Shown one piece after another: positions 36,450 through 46,053 of a DNA stretch of 64,000 nucleotides (the first letter of the stretch is position 1; the number at the start of each line of letters is the position of its first letter). The stretch is from a virus (Duplodnaviria > Caudoviricetes). A program made the translations under genes and the position numbers. A model generated the notes under the pieces. That model was not told where the DNA came from and made no database searches. It saw only the letters and a list, made by a program, of their open reading frames with translations. Where the stretch lies: IMG/VR virus record IMGVR_UViG_3300033074_001348, positions 13,313-77,312 of that record; one strand, written 5' to 3'.

Positions 36450-36710
36450 ATGAGCGAAATCACCGAAACCCTTGACCTATTTGATACCACCGGAGACGGA
36501 AAGAAAATTCCTATTAAAGTGTACCTTAACGTAGACACCGACCAGATTCAAAATGTTCACATAAGGGAGTTTGTCACTAAGTTAGAATATGGCAATATCA
36601 TTATGACATTTCAGGAATTTGAAAAGGCAGACTTGGGAGGCTCTCAGGAGATAGCGGGTGACATCTATATTTATTTGTATGATAATTATGTAAGGAAGGA
36701 TCATAAATAA
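36450..36710 (+). CDS. Hypothetical protein
   Basis: Translationally coupled ORF (ATGA overlap). Confidence 0.45.
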   Translation: MSEITETLDLFDTTGDGKKIPIKVYLNVDTDQIQNVHIREFVTKLEYGNIIMTFQEFEKADLGGSQEIAGDIYIYLYDNYVRKDHK

Positions 36711-36714
36711 CATC

Positions 36715-37002
36715 ATGAGCCACTCAAGAGAACCAATAAAAGCAACTTGCCCTGATATTGATAAATACATCAAGTGGATAAAAATGGAAATAGTAAAAGA
36801 CCGTGATTTAAAGAACATGGATCAGGATGAACTCTTTAACGCTGCATCGTCAATGTCCTCACAACTAAGTAGCTGCATTGACTATCTTGAAGAGTTGCGA
36901 GAATCAAATAGTACACTAAGGGAATGGGTCGTAGAAGAGGCTGAAAAAGCCGATGAGTTTGAACGCAAAATTTATGAATTAGAACTAAAATTAGGAATAT
37001 GA
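36715..37002 (+). CDS. Coiled-coil phage protein
   Basis: TCPDID motif followed by heptad-like helices. Confidence 0.5.
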   Translation: MSHSREPIKATCPDIDKYIKWIKMEIVKDRDLKNMDQDELFNAASSMSSQLSSCIDYLEELRESNSTLREWVVEEAEKADEFERKIYELELKLGI

Positions 37003-37107
37003 ACTGGTACATCGGACAAGATATCGTGGCACCCCTCGACCCAATAAAAGAAGCCATATCGAACCTTATTGAAGAAACATTAACAGTTAAAACTAATCTA
37101 TAAACTC

Positions 37108-37887
37108 ATGACAAATCAAACAGGGCGCATCAGTCAGCGCAAAACAAGTCAGACTGGCTCCACATTGCCGGAGATCGGCAAGATTAAGGTAGGGGAAAAG
37201 CGTGAAAATTCAAAGGGTGTAGAATACCCTACCTCGCTTGATTACTTTAAGGCAACAGGCAACTTTGCTGCTGCGTTCAATGCGCAGTACGGGCAGAACC
37301 CTAAATCACTTACGGTAGCATTTATCAGTGATGATCTCAATGAGGTCTGTAACGAGCGATACGAGTGTTGGGATAAAGGGAAGCGATGGGGATGGGGTGA
37401 TGGAGAAACGTTTACCGTATGGGATGGAAAGGCCTATAAAGAGGGCATTGAAAAGACAGACCCGATGGTGACCAGTAAGAAGTGGGATACCATGCTTACG
37501 CTGCGTTTTGTGCTGCTTGATATGCGTGGCATCTTGGGATACTGGACGTTCCAATCGAAGGGAAAGTCAACCTCAATTCCATCTATTGTGAAGGCATTTG
37601 ACTATGTGAAAGAACGTGCGAGTACCATTATTGGGTTCCCCTTTCAGTTGGTGGTTGAAAAGAAGGTGGGTTACAATCCCGGAGACCCTAAAAGCTATCC
37701 AATGGTTACGCTTGTGCCTTGCTTTACCGAAGAGGCTATCGAAAAGGTGCATAATTACTTGGAGCAAGGAGGCGCAGCCAATCGCCTGAGCGCTAAATTT
37801 GTGAAGGCTCAGGAGGCGTTGGTGGAGCATCAATCTAAAATAATGCTACCAGAGAACACGGTAAATCCTGAGCAGCATGAAGGTTGA
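37108..37887 (+). CDS. Gp3-like (recombination directionality factor-like) protein, possible annealing protein
   Basis: LPEIGKIKVGEK...YPTSLDYF N-terminal motif; adjacent to an exonuclease. Confidence 0.5.
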   Translation: MTNQTGRISQRKTSQTGSTLPEIGKIKVGEKRENSKGVEYPTSLDYFKATGNFAAAFNAQYGQNPKSLTVAFISDDLNEVCNERYECWDKGKRWGWGDGETFTVWDGKAYKEGIEKTDPMVTSKKWDTMLTLRFVLLDMRGILGYWTFQSKGKSTSIPSIVKAFDYVKERASTIIGFPFQLVVEKKVGYNPGDPKSYPMVTLVPCFTEEAIEKVHNYLEQGGAANRLSAKFVKAQEALVEHQSKIMLPENTVNPEQHEG

Positions 37888-38866
37888 ACTGGTTAATACG
37901 GACTTTTTTGATCGGGATGCGATACGGCTTCCCGACTATAAGGTAGGTAGGGTATCGTATGGTAATGGGCGTAGCTACATCCGGATTATTGACGGAGATA
38001 TTGAGCGTCCGTTCCGGTTATACACCTCCTTAACGACTGCCATCAACACCTGCGCTCCCATGAATCAAGGATTGCTTGAATGGAATGTGAAGCATGGACT
38101 GAAAGAGGCGGGAAGGCTGCTGAAGATTGCACAATTTTATGGTACTTATTTGCACGTGAAGATTGGTGAGTTTTTAATGGTCGGCAGTCTTAATTTAGAT
38201 GAATTAGAGGAAGGAGTGCAAAACTACCTCTCCACACAAGACTTTTGGCAGCCTGAATGCGCTGAGTGGGCAGAAAACTTAAAGTATGACCTGATTGCGT
38301 TTGCCCAGTTTTGTGCCGATTACAAGGTAAAGGTGATGGGAATTGAGTATGTGCTACTTTCTGATCGGTTCGGGTTTGGAACACCGATCGATCTTGTTTG
38401 TAAAATGGATGTACCAACTACCGGATTTTATGGTGAGGTGTATAAAAGTGGGGATAGAAAAGGTGAACCTAAGCAAACTACGCAGCCTATTGCCAAAACC
38501 GTTATCATCAATTTTAAGTCAGGCAGACACGGGTTTTATCCCAACAATGGCATACAGGCTATTGCTGAGAAGATGTTGTGGGAAGAGAATTTCCCCGAGA
38601 TTGCACTCGAAGGGGCTTACAACTGGTCGCCAAAAGAGTGGAAAATTACACCTTCCTACAACCTGAAGGATTGGGTTGGAGAGGTGAGTGAGACTGAGGT
38701 TGAGCACATCATGGGGTTGGCTAAAATCAGATTTGGTGAGCAGGCTATGGAGAAAGAGTACCTATCTGTATCGGGTATGATTTACAGGGGCAAAGAGCCT
38801 GCCTGCGTGTCAAAAATCGGGATTGAGGAGTATTGTAGAAAGAACTTTAGCGTGTTATTGTCATGA
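37877..38866 (+). CDS. PD-(D/E)XK exonuclease
   Basis: EYVLLSDRFGFGTPIDLV...IINFKSG pattern. Confidence 0.65.
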   Translation: MKVELVNTDFFDRDAIRLPDYKVGRVSYGNGRSYIRIIDGDIERPFRLYTSLTTAINTCAPMNQGLLEWNVKHGLKEAGRLLKIAQFYGTYLHVKIGEFLMVGSLNLDELEEGVQNYLSTQDFWQPECAEWAENLKYDLIAFAQFCADYKVKVMGIEYVLLSDRFGFGTPIDLVCKMDVPTTGFYGEVYKSGDRKGEPKQTTQPIAKTVIINFKSGRHGFYPNNGIQAIAEKMLWEENFPEIALEGAYNWSPKEWKITPSYNLKDWVGEVSETEVEHIMGLAKIRFGEQAMEKEYLSVSGMIYRGKEPACVSKIGIEEYCRKNFSVLLS

Positions 38867-39204
38867 GAAAAATACAACTATCCTCCAATTCAGAGGACTT
38901 CATACGGAGTAACTGGTACAAGATGCCTATGTCGCAAATAGCGGCTCATTTAGGCATTGCGGTCAGTACGGTGAGGTGTTTTATCAACAGGCACGCAAAA
39001 GAGGCGCACGGGGCTCCTAATAGCGTCTGCGAGACGTGCGTTTATCCGATCAGCTATGCAAGGCATCGTGTGGAGGATATGCTGGCAAGATTACAGGCGT
39101 TAAAAACCCGGGACGTGCGCATTTATAACGAAATTGAGTACATGAGAAAATGGTTGCAACATGTGTCTGAGCTGACGGTAATAGAGCAGGGGGATGGGTG
39201 TTGA
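38863..39204 (+). CDS. HTH-containing hypothetical protein
   Basis: MPMSQIAAHLGIAVSTVRCFI. Confidence 0.5.
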   Translation: MRKIQLSSNSEDFIRSNWYKMPMSQIAAHLGIAVSTVRCFINRHAKEAHGAPNSVCETCVYPISYARHRVEDMLARLQALKTRDVRIYNEIEYMRKWLQHVSELTVIEQGDGC

Positions 39205-39258
39205 CCCTCTCCCACCAACAAAAAGCCCGGATACAACTTAGTTCCGGGCTTTCTCTTT

Positions 39259-39666
39259 TTAGAATGGGAGGTCATTGTCGGGTGGTTCCTGAGATGATGG
39301 AGGCGCAGCGGTGGTGGCGGGTGTAGCATCTCCTCCGCTGCTCTTAACCCTTTTGGCGATCATCGGCCAGTCCATATCAGCCTTAATCTCCGTTACATTT
39401 TTCTCTACTCCGTCTTTATTATTGAACTTGCGGTAATTGATCTCACCGGAAACGGTAACGACATCCCCTTTACTGGCGGTCTTGGCGACATACTCCGCTG
39501 TCTTGCCCCAGAAAATAACGTTGTGCCATTCTGTTTTATCTACCCATTCCTCACCCTTTTTGATGCGAGAGGTGGTTGCTACTGAGAGGCTCACCATGTT
39601 GGTTGATCCTGCTACTCTTAGTTCGGGGTCTTTACCCACGTGTCCACATAGAAATACTTTGTTCAT
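39259..39666 (-). CDS. ssb: Single-stranded DNA-binding protein
   Basis: NKVFLCGHVGKDPE...KTEWHNVIFWGK, with acidic tail DNDLPF. Confidence 0.92.
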   Translation of the reverse strand: MNKVFLCGHVGKDPELRVAGSTNMVSLSVATTSRIKKGEEWVDKTEWHNVIFWGKTAEYVAKTASKGDVVTVSGEINYRKFNNKDGVEKNVTEIKADMDWPMIAKRVKSSGGDATPATTAAPPSSQEPPDNDLPF

Positions 39667-39729
39667 AGGTTTTATATAGTTTAAGTTAATTAGTTAGCCT
39701 TACGCTTCTAACGAGCGGGATAATTAGTT

Positions 39730-40404
39730 TTAAGGTGTCGTGCATGGTGCCTCTATTCTCTGTATAAGCCTCCAAACAGTTGATGCGCTCCATTTGCCAC
39801 CTTTTGAGGTATGGAACCCTTTGTTATTGAGCTCCTCTGCAACTTTATCATAGGCAAGACCCTGCTTTTTGAGCAGTGTGGCGTGTGCTGCTGCTCGTTC
39901 GTTGTCGGGAGAGAGTCGGGCTTTCTCTGCCTGTACTCTTGCGCCAATGACACGACCGGATTGACTAAATTTTTCAGGATTACCCAATGCGACGCCTTGC
40001 TTTTTGAGCGCCATTAGTGCTGCTTTGGTTCTGATGGAGATGAGCTCCCGCTCCCTCTCGGCAAAAGCAAAGTAAAGGGTTAGCATGAACCGGTCAGGTT
40101 TGCCGGGTAGGTCGCAAAACTCAATTTGACCGGGTAGCCAATCAAGTACCGTCAGTCCATCTTTTACATCACGGCTCAATCTGTCTACTTTAGCGACTAC
40201 AAGCGTATAGCCGTTTGTTTTGCAGCACTCAATCGCCTGTTTTAGTATGGGTCGGTCGGTAATGGTTTTAGCCGATTCCACTTCGATAAATTCCTGTTCT
40301 AATTCAGGGTAGAAACGGGCAACAATTTGCTGCTGCGCTTCCAGTCCCAGTCCTGAGTCCCCCTGCTTCTTGGTGGATACTCGGTAGTATGCTACGTATT
40401 TCAT
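39730..40404 (-). CDS. Serine recombinase (resolvase/invertase family)
   Basis: YVAYYRVSTKKQ catalytic motif, VAKVDRLSRD, and a short C-terminal DNA-binding domain. Confidence 0.88.
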   Translation of the reverse strand: MKYVAYYRVSTKKQGDSGLGLEAQQQIVARFYPELEQEFIEVESAKTITDRPILKQAIECCKTNGYTLVVAKVDRLSRDVKDGLTVLDWLPGQIEFCDLPGKPDRFMLTLYFAFAERERELISIRTKAALMALKKQGVALGNPEKFSQSGRVIGARVQAEKARLSPDNERAAAHATLLKKQGLAYDKVAEELNNKGFHTSKGGKWSASTVWRLIQRIEAPCTTP

Positions 40405-40595
40405 GACTCAGGAACGTATTTAAAGTATGGGTATTTTTCAGATAATGATTTTTGACACTCACACTTAGGGCATTGGTGGATGTATTTAGGTGGTGAGGTG
40501 AGTTGGGTTCTGCCTGTAAACTCCATATTTACCACGTTGCAATTTGGGCACCCGTAGTGCACCTCGATTGTTTTTACTTCTGTTTCTTTTTCCAT
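40401..40595 (-). CDS. Small Zn-ribbon protein
   Basis: CPNC and CPKC motifs. Confidence 0.5.
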   Translation of the reverse strand: MEKETEVKTIEVHYGCPNCNVVNMEFTGRTQLTSPPKYIHQCPKCECQKSLSEKYPYFKYVPES

Positions 40596-40605
40596 GTCAG
40601 TTGTG

Positions 40606-40887
40606 TTATGTTACTTCAAAATATTTTAGATAATACTCTTGCTCATCATCCGACTTGCCCTTGATGCAGATAATATCGTTAGGGGAAAGCAGTAGGTTTA
40701 AGGTGTGTATGTCAATGTACAGGTAGGCTCGTGGCGTTACTTTAACTGCGTAACAGGGTGTTCCGTGTAATTCGAGCACCTCTACCGTCTCAAGCACACA
40801 CCATCCAAACCTACCCTCATCGTCACGGGTAGCAACGATACTAATCGTGTCGCCTGATTGGATGAAATTGCCCCGCCAGTCGGTCAT
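40606..40887 (-). CDS. Hypothetical protein
   Basis: ORF in the minus-strand operon. Confidence 0.45.
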   Translation of the reverse strand: MTDWRGNFIQSGDTISIVATRDDEGRFGWCVLETVEVLELHGTPCYAVKVTPRAYLYIDIHTLNLLLSPNDIICIKGKSDDEQEYYLKYFEVT

Positions 40888-40888
40888 G

Positions 40889-41026
40889 CTACTTAAGTGC
40901 TGCTAATGCTTTTTGCAACAAAATGTCAACCATTTGACTGAAAGACCTTTTTTCCTTTTCTGCTATTTTCTTTACTGAGCGAACAGTATCGCTATCAATC
41001 GTTGCCGATATTACTTCTTTAGGCAT
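40889..41026 (-). CDS. Ribbon-helix-helix (Arc/CopG-like) protein, 45 aa (not in the ORF track)
   Basis: Translates as MPKEVISATIDSDTVRSVKKIAEKEKRSFSQMVDILLQKAL. Confidence 0.6.
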   Translation of the reverse strand: MPKEVISATIDSDTVRSVKKIAEKEKRSFSQMVDILLQKALAALK

Positions 41027-41047
41027 TTGTTGTATTTTAAGATTAAG

Positions 41048-41121
41048 TTTCGATTAATGGATTTGAACCAATGACCCCCGCATTATCAGTACGGTGCTCT
41101 ACCAGACTGAGCTAAATCGAA
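41048..41121 (-). tRNA. tRNA-Ile (GAT)
   Basis: Cloverleaf: acceptor TTCGATT/AATCGAA, D arm GCTC..GAGC, anticodon loop CT-GAT-AA, GGTTCAAAT; no CCA encoded. Confidence 0.88.
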
Positions 41122-41123
41122 AG

Positions 41124-41196
41124 TTGTCCTGTTAGGGGTCGAACCTAAACTCTCCTGAACCAAAATCAGACGTGTTGCCAATTACACCACAGGACA
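41124..41196 (-). tRNA. tRNA-Gln (TTG)
   Basis: Acceptor TGTCCTG/CAGGACA, anticodon loop TT-TTG-GT, GGTTCGAC; no CCA encoded. Confidence 0.88.
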
Positions 41197-41204
41197 AAGC
41201 CTTA

Positions 41205-41576
41205 CTATCTAAGCATATTCTCAAGTTGCTTAATAGACTTGCCTTTCAAGGACTCGTCTTGCTTTTCAGCAATAAGCGAAATGATTTTTTTGTTGTGCTC
41301 TTTGATTTCCTGAGCCTCTGCCATCGCTTCTTGCTCTGCAACCAATGTGTTGAGAATGTCAATCACTAAATCGAAGCGCAATTTAGCGGTTTTATCTTTC
41401 GTAGATGTTTTCACTAAGAAAGATTTTTTGGCAGACTGCTTGTGCTCAATCTCGAGAGATACGGCTAAAGCGTCGAGTTCATCAAGGGATAAATCCCATA
41501 ATTGTTCTACTGATAAGAGTCCTTTAGTGGTTTGGAATCTTAGTTTTTGCTGACTTGCTAATTTGAAGTTGTCCAT
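41205..41576 (-). CDS. Conserved phage protein (123 aa), partner of the 699-aa gene
   Basis: KLRFQTTKGLLSVEQLWDL motif. Confidence 0.6.
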   Translation of the reverse strand: MDNFKLASQQKLRFQTTKGLLSVEQLWDLSLDELDALAVSLEIEHKQSAKKSFLVKTSTKDKTAKLRFDLVIDILNTLVAEQEAMAEAQEIKEHNKKIISLIAEKQDESLKGKSIKQLENMLR

Positions 41577-41580
41577 GTTC

Positions 41581-43680
41581 TTAGAATTTAATTTTTATTA
41601 CTCGTTTATGTGATCCTTGAAGTTTTACTATCAACTCATCTCTAACTGTTGCGTTAAAGCCAAGTCCTGAAAGTTGTTTATCTGATGGCGGTATCATATT
41701 AGTTGCTCCTAATACCTCTAAAACTTTACGATGTTGCGCTAATTCGGGTAGTAAATTTTCATTATGAAAACCCCTGATAGGTACAGGCGACTTACAACCG
41801 TCAAGCATAAAGAAATAATGTTTATTGCCGACATTGTTTTCACCCCAATGATTAGGCGAAAGGCACACTAAATTTACTTTATGGAACTGGTTTGTTTCAA
41901 GCCCGTAAAGTTCTTTAGATGCGGAGCTTTCAGGTAAGTGGTGCTTTATATCCATTTTACCATCCTTAACTATAACGGTAGCTACCATTACAACCTGACC
42001 ACCTGCAAGGGGATTGGCATAATGGTAGTTGAATACATTACCATCAAACTCTATTTCAACCTTAAATCCCCTGTTGGCACTTCCGCAGTAATTTCTTACA
42101 TAGAAGTGATACTCCATATCCTTTAACTTGTCCTGCCAAGTAATATTTTCAATTCCTACTTTTGCAGGGCGAATCATATCTACATCAAGCCATCCTCCGG
42201 TGAACTGTGATTTTTTATTCCCGAAAAAGATTTCAGAGGCTCTTGATTCTCTGCAATGCAGGTCAAGATCAACAATACCTAATGTTTCCGCATCATTCCA
42301 TTGGAGTGAGCATCTTAAAACACCTTCGATTTTACCTCCGGCATTTTTCACATTCTCTTTTATCTGCGACTTGCCTGCTAAGTTGCCGTTAAAAGTCCAC
42401 GAGTAGTTATTGTTCCACTTGAATATAGGCTTTGAGTCCTCGTTTGCCGTTGTTAATGAAACTAAGTTGCCAGACTGCGAGTTAGATAAAAAGGCTTCTA
42501 CTGCGGTGCAGGTAGGTAGAATGTCTTTCATGAATTTATCAATAGAGACTTCCTCTACTCCATCAAATTCGCTTCTTTTATGGTGAGTTGAGGTTGATTT
42601 CACTCCGTCAAAAATAGAGACGGACTTCATTTTACCATCTCCTACATTGGCGTGCAATATCTCCGATACTTTAATGTCGTCAATAGTGGCAAATCTCCTG
42701 TTAAATGATGCTTCAAAACCATTCTCCTCTACAAATTGTTTTGCTTCTTCAATTTGTTTTTTAGTGATAGGCGCAGTAGCTTTCATGTAGTTTGCAGGAT
42801 CGACCCGCTTATTCCATGACTGGCAGGCTTTATTAAGTTCTTCACCCTCTGAGAGTTCGCTGCATAGCGTTCCGATTAATTCATTTTTAAACTTGGCGAA
42901 TGGTAGCTTGTAAGATTTTACCCAACACCACGAGTCTCTTTGAGTTGCGGGCAGTAAGTTATACTCTTGTTTTAAAGGAATAATTTGCTCAATCTTAAAC
43001 AGGTGGGTCGCTCCATCAAGTAGTGACCCTTGATTAATTAAGTCCTTTACTAAATAAAGCGTGTCAAGCGAAATAGTTTCCATTGTTTTTTGGAAAACGT
43101 TTTTAGCGTCACGATACTGCCCCATAATAGACTCAACAGATACTCCGGTTGTATCAACAAATTGCCTGTCAACGAATAGGTGCATATGGTTGAATGTGCG
43201 AACTTCGTTTGGCTTTACTACTCCATATTTCTCTGCTTCTTCTTTGGTGTACCTCTTAACATTACTTGCTACACCCAACTGAAACCCCTTACTTGATTTG
43301 CTGCAAGATTCGTATGGTAATGAGTTTAACTCAGTAAGTGTTTCAAAGAAAACTTCTGTAATTGTCGACGCTTTGATTTTGCTTGAAAGAATGCGTGATG
43401 TGGCAGCAAATTCTTCATCACAGTCGACGTCAAACATGGTTTCGATTTGGTAGTCGCCATTTACAGAAACGATATTACCATACCTGCGAATAAAATTTTT
43501 GCAGTGGTTGCAATTTTTTGTTGTGCTATTTGGGTCTCTAAAAACTGGGTTGTTTTCTTTTAGGAAAGAACTTATGTATAAGTCCCAAACTTCCTGTCCT
43601 GTTAATGCGACTCGAAATAATTTGCCGCTTGTTTGCATAGAGGCAAATTTAGCTTGTAATTTTTTGTTAAAGTCAATCAT
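41581..43680 (-). CDS. Conserved 699-aa phage protein with a TerD/YfaP-like C-terminal segment
   Basis: NCNHCKNF Zn-like motif; LRCSLQWN...DLDLHC. Confidence 0.55.
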   Translation of the reverse strand: MIDFNKKLQAKFASMQTSGKLFRVALTGQEVWDLYISSFLKENNPVFRDPNSTTKNCNHCKNFIRRYGNIVSVNGDYQIETMFDVDCDEEFAATSRILSSKIKASTITEVFFETLTELNSLPYESCSKSSKGFQLGVASNVKRYTKEEAEKYGVVKPNEVRTFNHMHLFVDRQFVDTTGVSVESIMGQYRDAKNVFQKTMETISLDTLYLVKDLINQGSLLDGATHLFKIEQIIPLKQEYNLLPATQRDSWCWVKSYKLPFAKFKNELIGTLCSELSEGEELNKACQSWNKRVDPANYMKATAPITKKQIEEAKQFVEENGFEASFNRRFATIDDIKVSEILHANVGDGKMKSVSIFDGVKSTSTHHKRSEFDGVEEVSIDKFMKDILPTCTAVEAFLSNSQSGNLVSLTTANEDSKPIFKWNNNYSWTFNGNLAGKSQIKENVKNAGGKIEGVLRCSLQWNDAETLGIVDLDLHCRESRASEIFFGNKKSQFTGGWLDVDMIRPAKVGIENITWQDKLKDMEYHFYVRNYCGSANRGFKVEIEFDGNVFNYHYANPLAGGQVVMVATVIVKDGKMDIKHHLPESSASKELYGLETNQFHKVNLVCLSPNHWGENNVGNKHYFFMLDGCKSPVPIRGFHNENLLPELAQHRKVLEVLGATNMIPPSDKQLSGLGFNATVRDELIVKLQGSHKRVIKIKF

Positions 43681-43705
43681 GGTCGTAGTGGTTTAATTAA
43701 TTATG

Positions 43706-43713
43706 CAAATATA
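43706..43713 (-). promoter_or_regulatory. -7 element TATATTTG
   Basis: 25 nt upstream of the 43680 start. Confidence 0.55.
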
Positions 43714-44136
43714 TGTATATCTATTTGAAATAAACAAGAGCTATGCGAAATAAATTTATTAACATTTCAATCCGGCTCTTCTTACTTCCGCCTCCTCCTT
43801 TGTATCGAACGGTATAATCTTCCCGCCAAATCTTACAGGAGTCCATCTGCCGTTACGTTTGACCTCGATGCGATACTTGGTAAGGGTGCGAGCTTCGGAT
43901 GCGTTGTAGGGTACGGTGCGGGTGGTCATTTTGTTTGCTCTTTCTTCTCTATGGTTTTCCAAATGTCTGGAAATTCGGCGGTATTTGCCTCGGGTATGTA
44001 CCACTCTCCATCATCAAAGTAAATGAATCCTTCGTTGCGGTAGGGAGTTTCGGAGCCGATGTCAAAATCATCGAAGGTGACTGCATCGCCGTGTTTTATA
44101 GGTGTTCCGTCCGGGTATTTAGGGTGGAGTGGCATG

Positions 44137-44442
44137 TTATTGGATAGGTAATTTGTGATAGTTGAGTGTGCCGTTGGTTCTAAGTCGGAATTGAACGTAA
44201 ATGTTGGCTTTGTCGTCGGTGTGGAAGCCGGTAACGATGACGTGGTTGACGCCAATGTACTTTAAGTCGAAAACCGCTTTGCCTTCTTGCTGCATCTTTA
44301 ATAGCTGCGTGTGCGTGTTATGGGCAGCAGCAATGGCGATGTCATGGTGCCGTAATGTAATGGCTTCGGATCGGAGTAACGACTGGATGCGGTGTATACG
44401 TTTAGTCAGCCAGATGTCCGGTGTGGTTTCGTGGGTCATCAT
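44137..44442 (-). CDS. Hypothetical protein
   Basis: ORF in the packed early cluster. Confidence 0.45.
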   Translation of the reverse strand: MMTHETTPDIWLTKRIHRIQSLLRSEAITLRHHDIAIAAAHNTHTQLLKMQQEGKAVFDLKYIGVNHVIVTGFHTDDKANIYVQFRLRTNGTLNYHKLPIQ

Positions 44443-44696
44443 AATTGTCCGTTGATATGCTCATCAATATCCTGTTCCTTCACTTTGTTCCCATCCTTGT
44501 TCAGGAGGGCTGCTTTGCCCCAAAGGATGATCGCTATTAATGCGGTTGCCAATATGCAAATCAGGGCTGCTAATGTCTGCTTGGTTGGTGGGTCTTGCGT
44601 TATTTCTAATATCATAGATATGTTGATTTAATTCGAGTAGTAAATTGTCGGGCATGGATGCTACCTGACTGATTTGTATGAGTAGTTCGAGGGTGG

Positions 44697-45062
44697 TCAT
44701 TTCAGCCCCCCTTCCATGACTAATTGTACCTGCAATTCTTTGCTGATCGTGATTGACCCGTCCCCGTTTTCCGGTATTTCAGTAAGTTGTTCGAGTGCGG
44801 ACTTGGGGAGTGGTGGTAAGGTCATTCCAATTTGCCAGTTGCTGGCGGATGGGTCGTCAGATAAAAATGCCCACGCAACAAGATCGCCTTTTAATTGTAT
44901 TAAAAATGGAAATGAGATGAGTCCTATAGCTCCTGTTGAAAGAACCCATTCAGTAGGTTTGTGTCCGCTTTTATACCTCGCTTTAGGTCTTTCCCGTTCA
45001 ATGGTTTGTAGTAGGTCGAGTTCTTCCTCTTTGTTGGTTACGATAAATGATTGTGTTTTCAT
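44697..45062 (-). CDS. Hypothetical protein
   Basis: ORF in the packed early cluster. Confidence 0.45.
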   Translation of the reverse strand: MKTQSFIVTNKEEELDLLQTIERERPKARYKSGHKPTEWVLSTGAIGLISFPFLIQLKGDLVAWAFLSDDPSASNWQIGMTLPPLPKSALEQLTEIPENGDGSITISKELQVQLVMEGGLK

Positions 45063-45082
45063 GGCTCGTTTATTTTTGGGTG

Positions 45083-45727
45083 TTATTTACTCTCCTCTTT
45101 TAATTCCAATTCAGCGCACCTTTTCATGTCCTCCATTGCGATTTCGTTTGAGTCAAAAAACCTTGTCGGAGGCACTTTAATGGGGCTTGACGCTTTATAA
45201 ATCTGCATTGCAGCAAATAAAGTTGAGGTTTCTTCTTCTAATTTTTTACCTTCTTCTCCTGCCAGTACCACAACCCAACCCGCCCGGCAATGTGTAGTGT
45301 CGCAGGTGTGCCAATTGCCCATATTAAGCGCATCAGGTTTTGAAACGGCTTCTAAAATCTGTGTGTGGATATTTGGAATTACCGGAATCATAGGTATTTT
45401 ACTATCGGATTCTTTAACGTTTTTTAATCCGTAACAGTCGGAACAGCCGTAACAGCGGTAACAGCGGTAACAGTCGGAACAGTCGGAACAGTCGGAACAG
45501 CGGGAACAGTAGGAACAGCCGTAACAGTCGGAACAGCCGTAACAGTCGGAACAGCGGGAACAGCGGAAACAGTCGGAACAGTCGGAACAGTTCCAGCACC
45601 CTTTATTGGTTTCATTTTCAGTTAAATAATTCGGATTTTGATCTGCAAACTCTTGCGATACTCCGTTAATTTCCAAGTCCTCTCTATTCAGAAAAGCTGA
45701 ATAGTCTTTAAAGATTTGTGTTTTCAT
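45083..45727 (-). CDS. CxxCxxC-repeat phage protein (214 aa)
   Basis: About 18 Cys-x-x units followed by the WHTCDTTHCRAGW domain. Confidence 0.65.
   Translation of the reverse strand: MKTQIFKDYSAFLNREDLEINGVSQEFADQNPNYLTENETNKGCWNCSDCSDCFRCSRCSDCYGCSDCYGCSYCSRCSDCSDCSDCYRCYRCYGCSDCYGLKNVKESDSKIPMIPVIPNIHTQILEAVSKPDALNMGNWHTCDTTHCRAGWVVVLAGEEGKKLEEETSTLFAAMQIYKASSPIKVPPTRFFDSNEIAMEDMKRCAELELKEESK
45430..45597. repeat. 9-bp tandem repeat encoding CxxCxx
   Basis: Units such as GGAACAGTC, GTAACAGCC and GGAACAGCG. Confidence 0.85.
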
Positions 45728-46053
45728 TGGGTCGTTATGGTTTTTTTAAAATTGTAGTGGTGTCATCACATTAGTTTTAATTCATAAATACTTCGATTGT
45801 CGTTTAAATTACTGGACTGGGCTGCAAGTTTCTTTGTGGAAATTACGTACAGGCAACCTTCTACTTCAAACACTTCGCCTAATTTTATTTTAGGTACTCC
45901 GAATTTATCATCGCCTTGTTTGTCCTTGTCTTTCATGGTGTAAATGTAAACCACTTTTTAAGTGTGGTCAATGGATTATTTTAAGGATTTGTTGGATTAT
46001 ACTACTGATCTCAGGACGAGTCGGTCTCAATGGGTGGCTATCCGCATTTACGT

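Noticed and set aside
39730-40404. Serine recombinase as the cassette integrase
   Set aside because: The sites have tyrosine-recombinase-type AAC/GTT cores and ssDNA-hairpin features; resolvase-type enzymes use different dsDNA sites. It is unlikely but not formally excluded.
45414-45615. Low-complexity ORFs (LFRLF.., VPTVP..)
   Set aside because: They are shadow frames of the 9-bp repeat.
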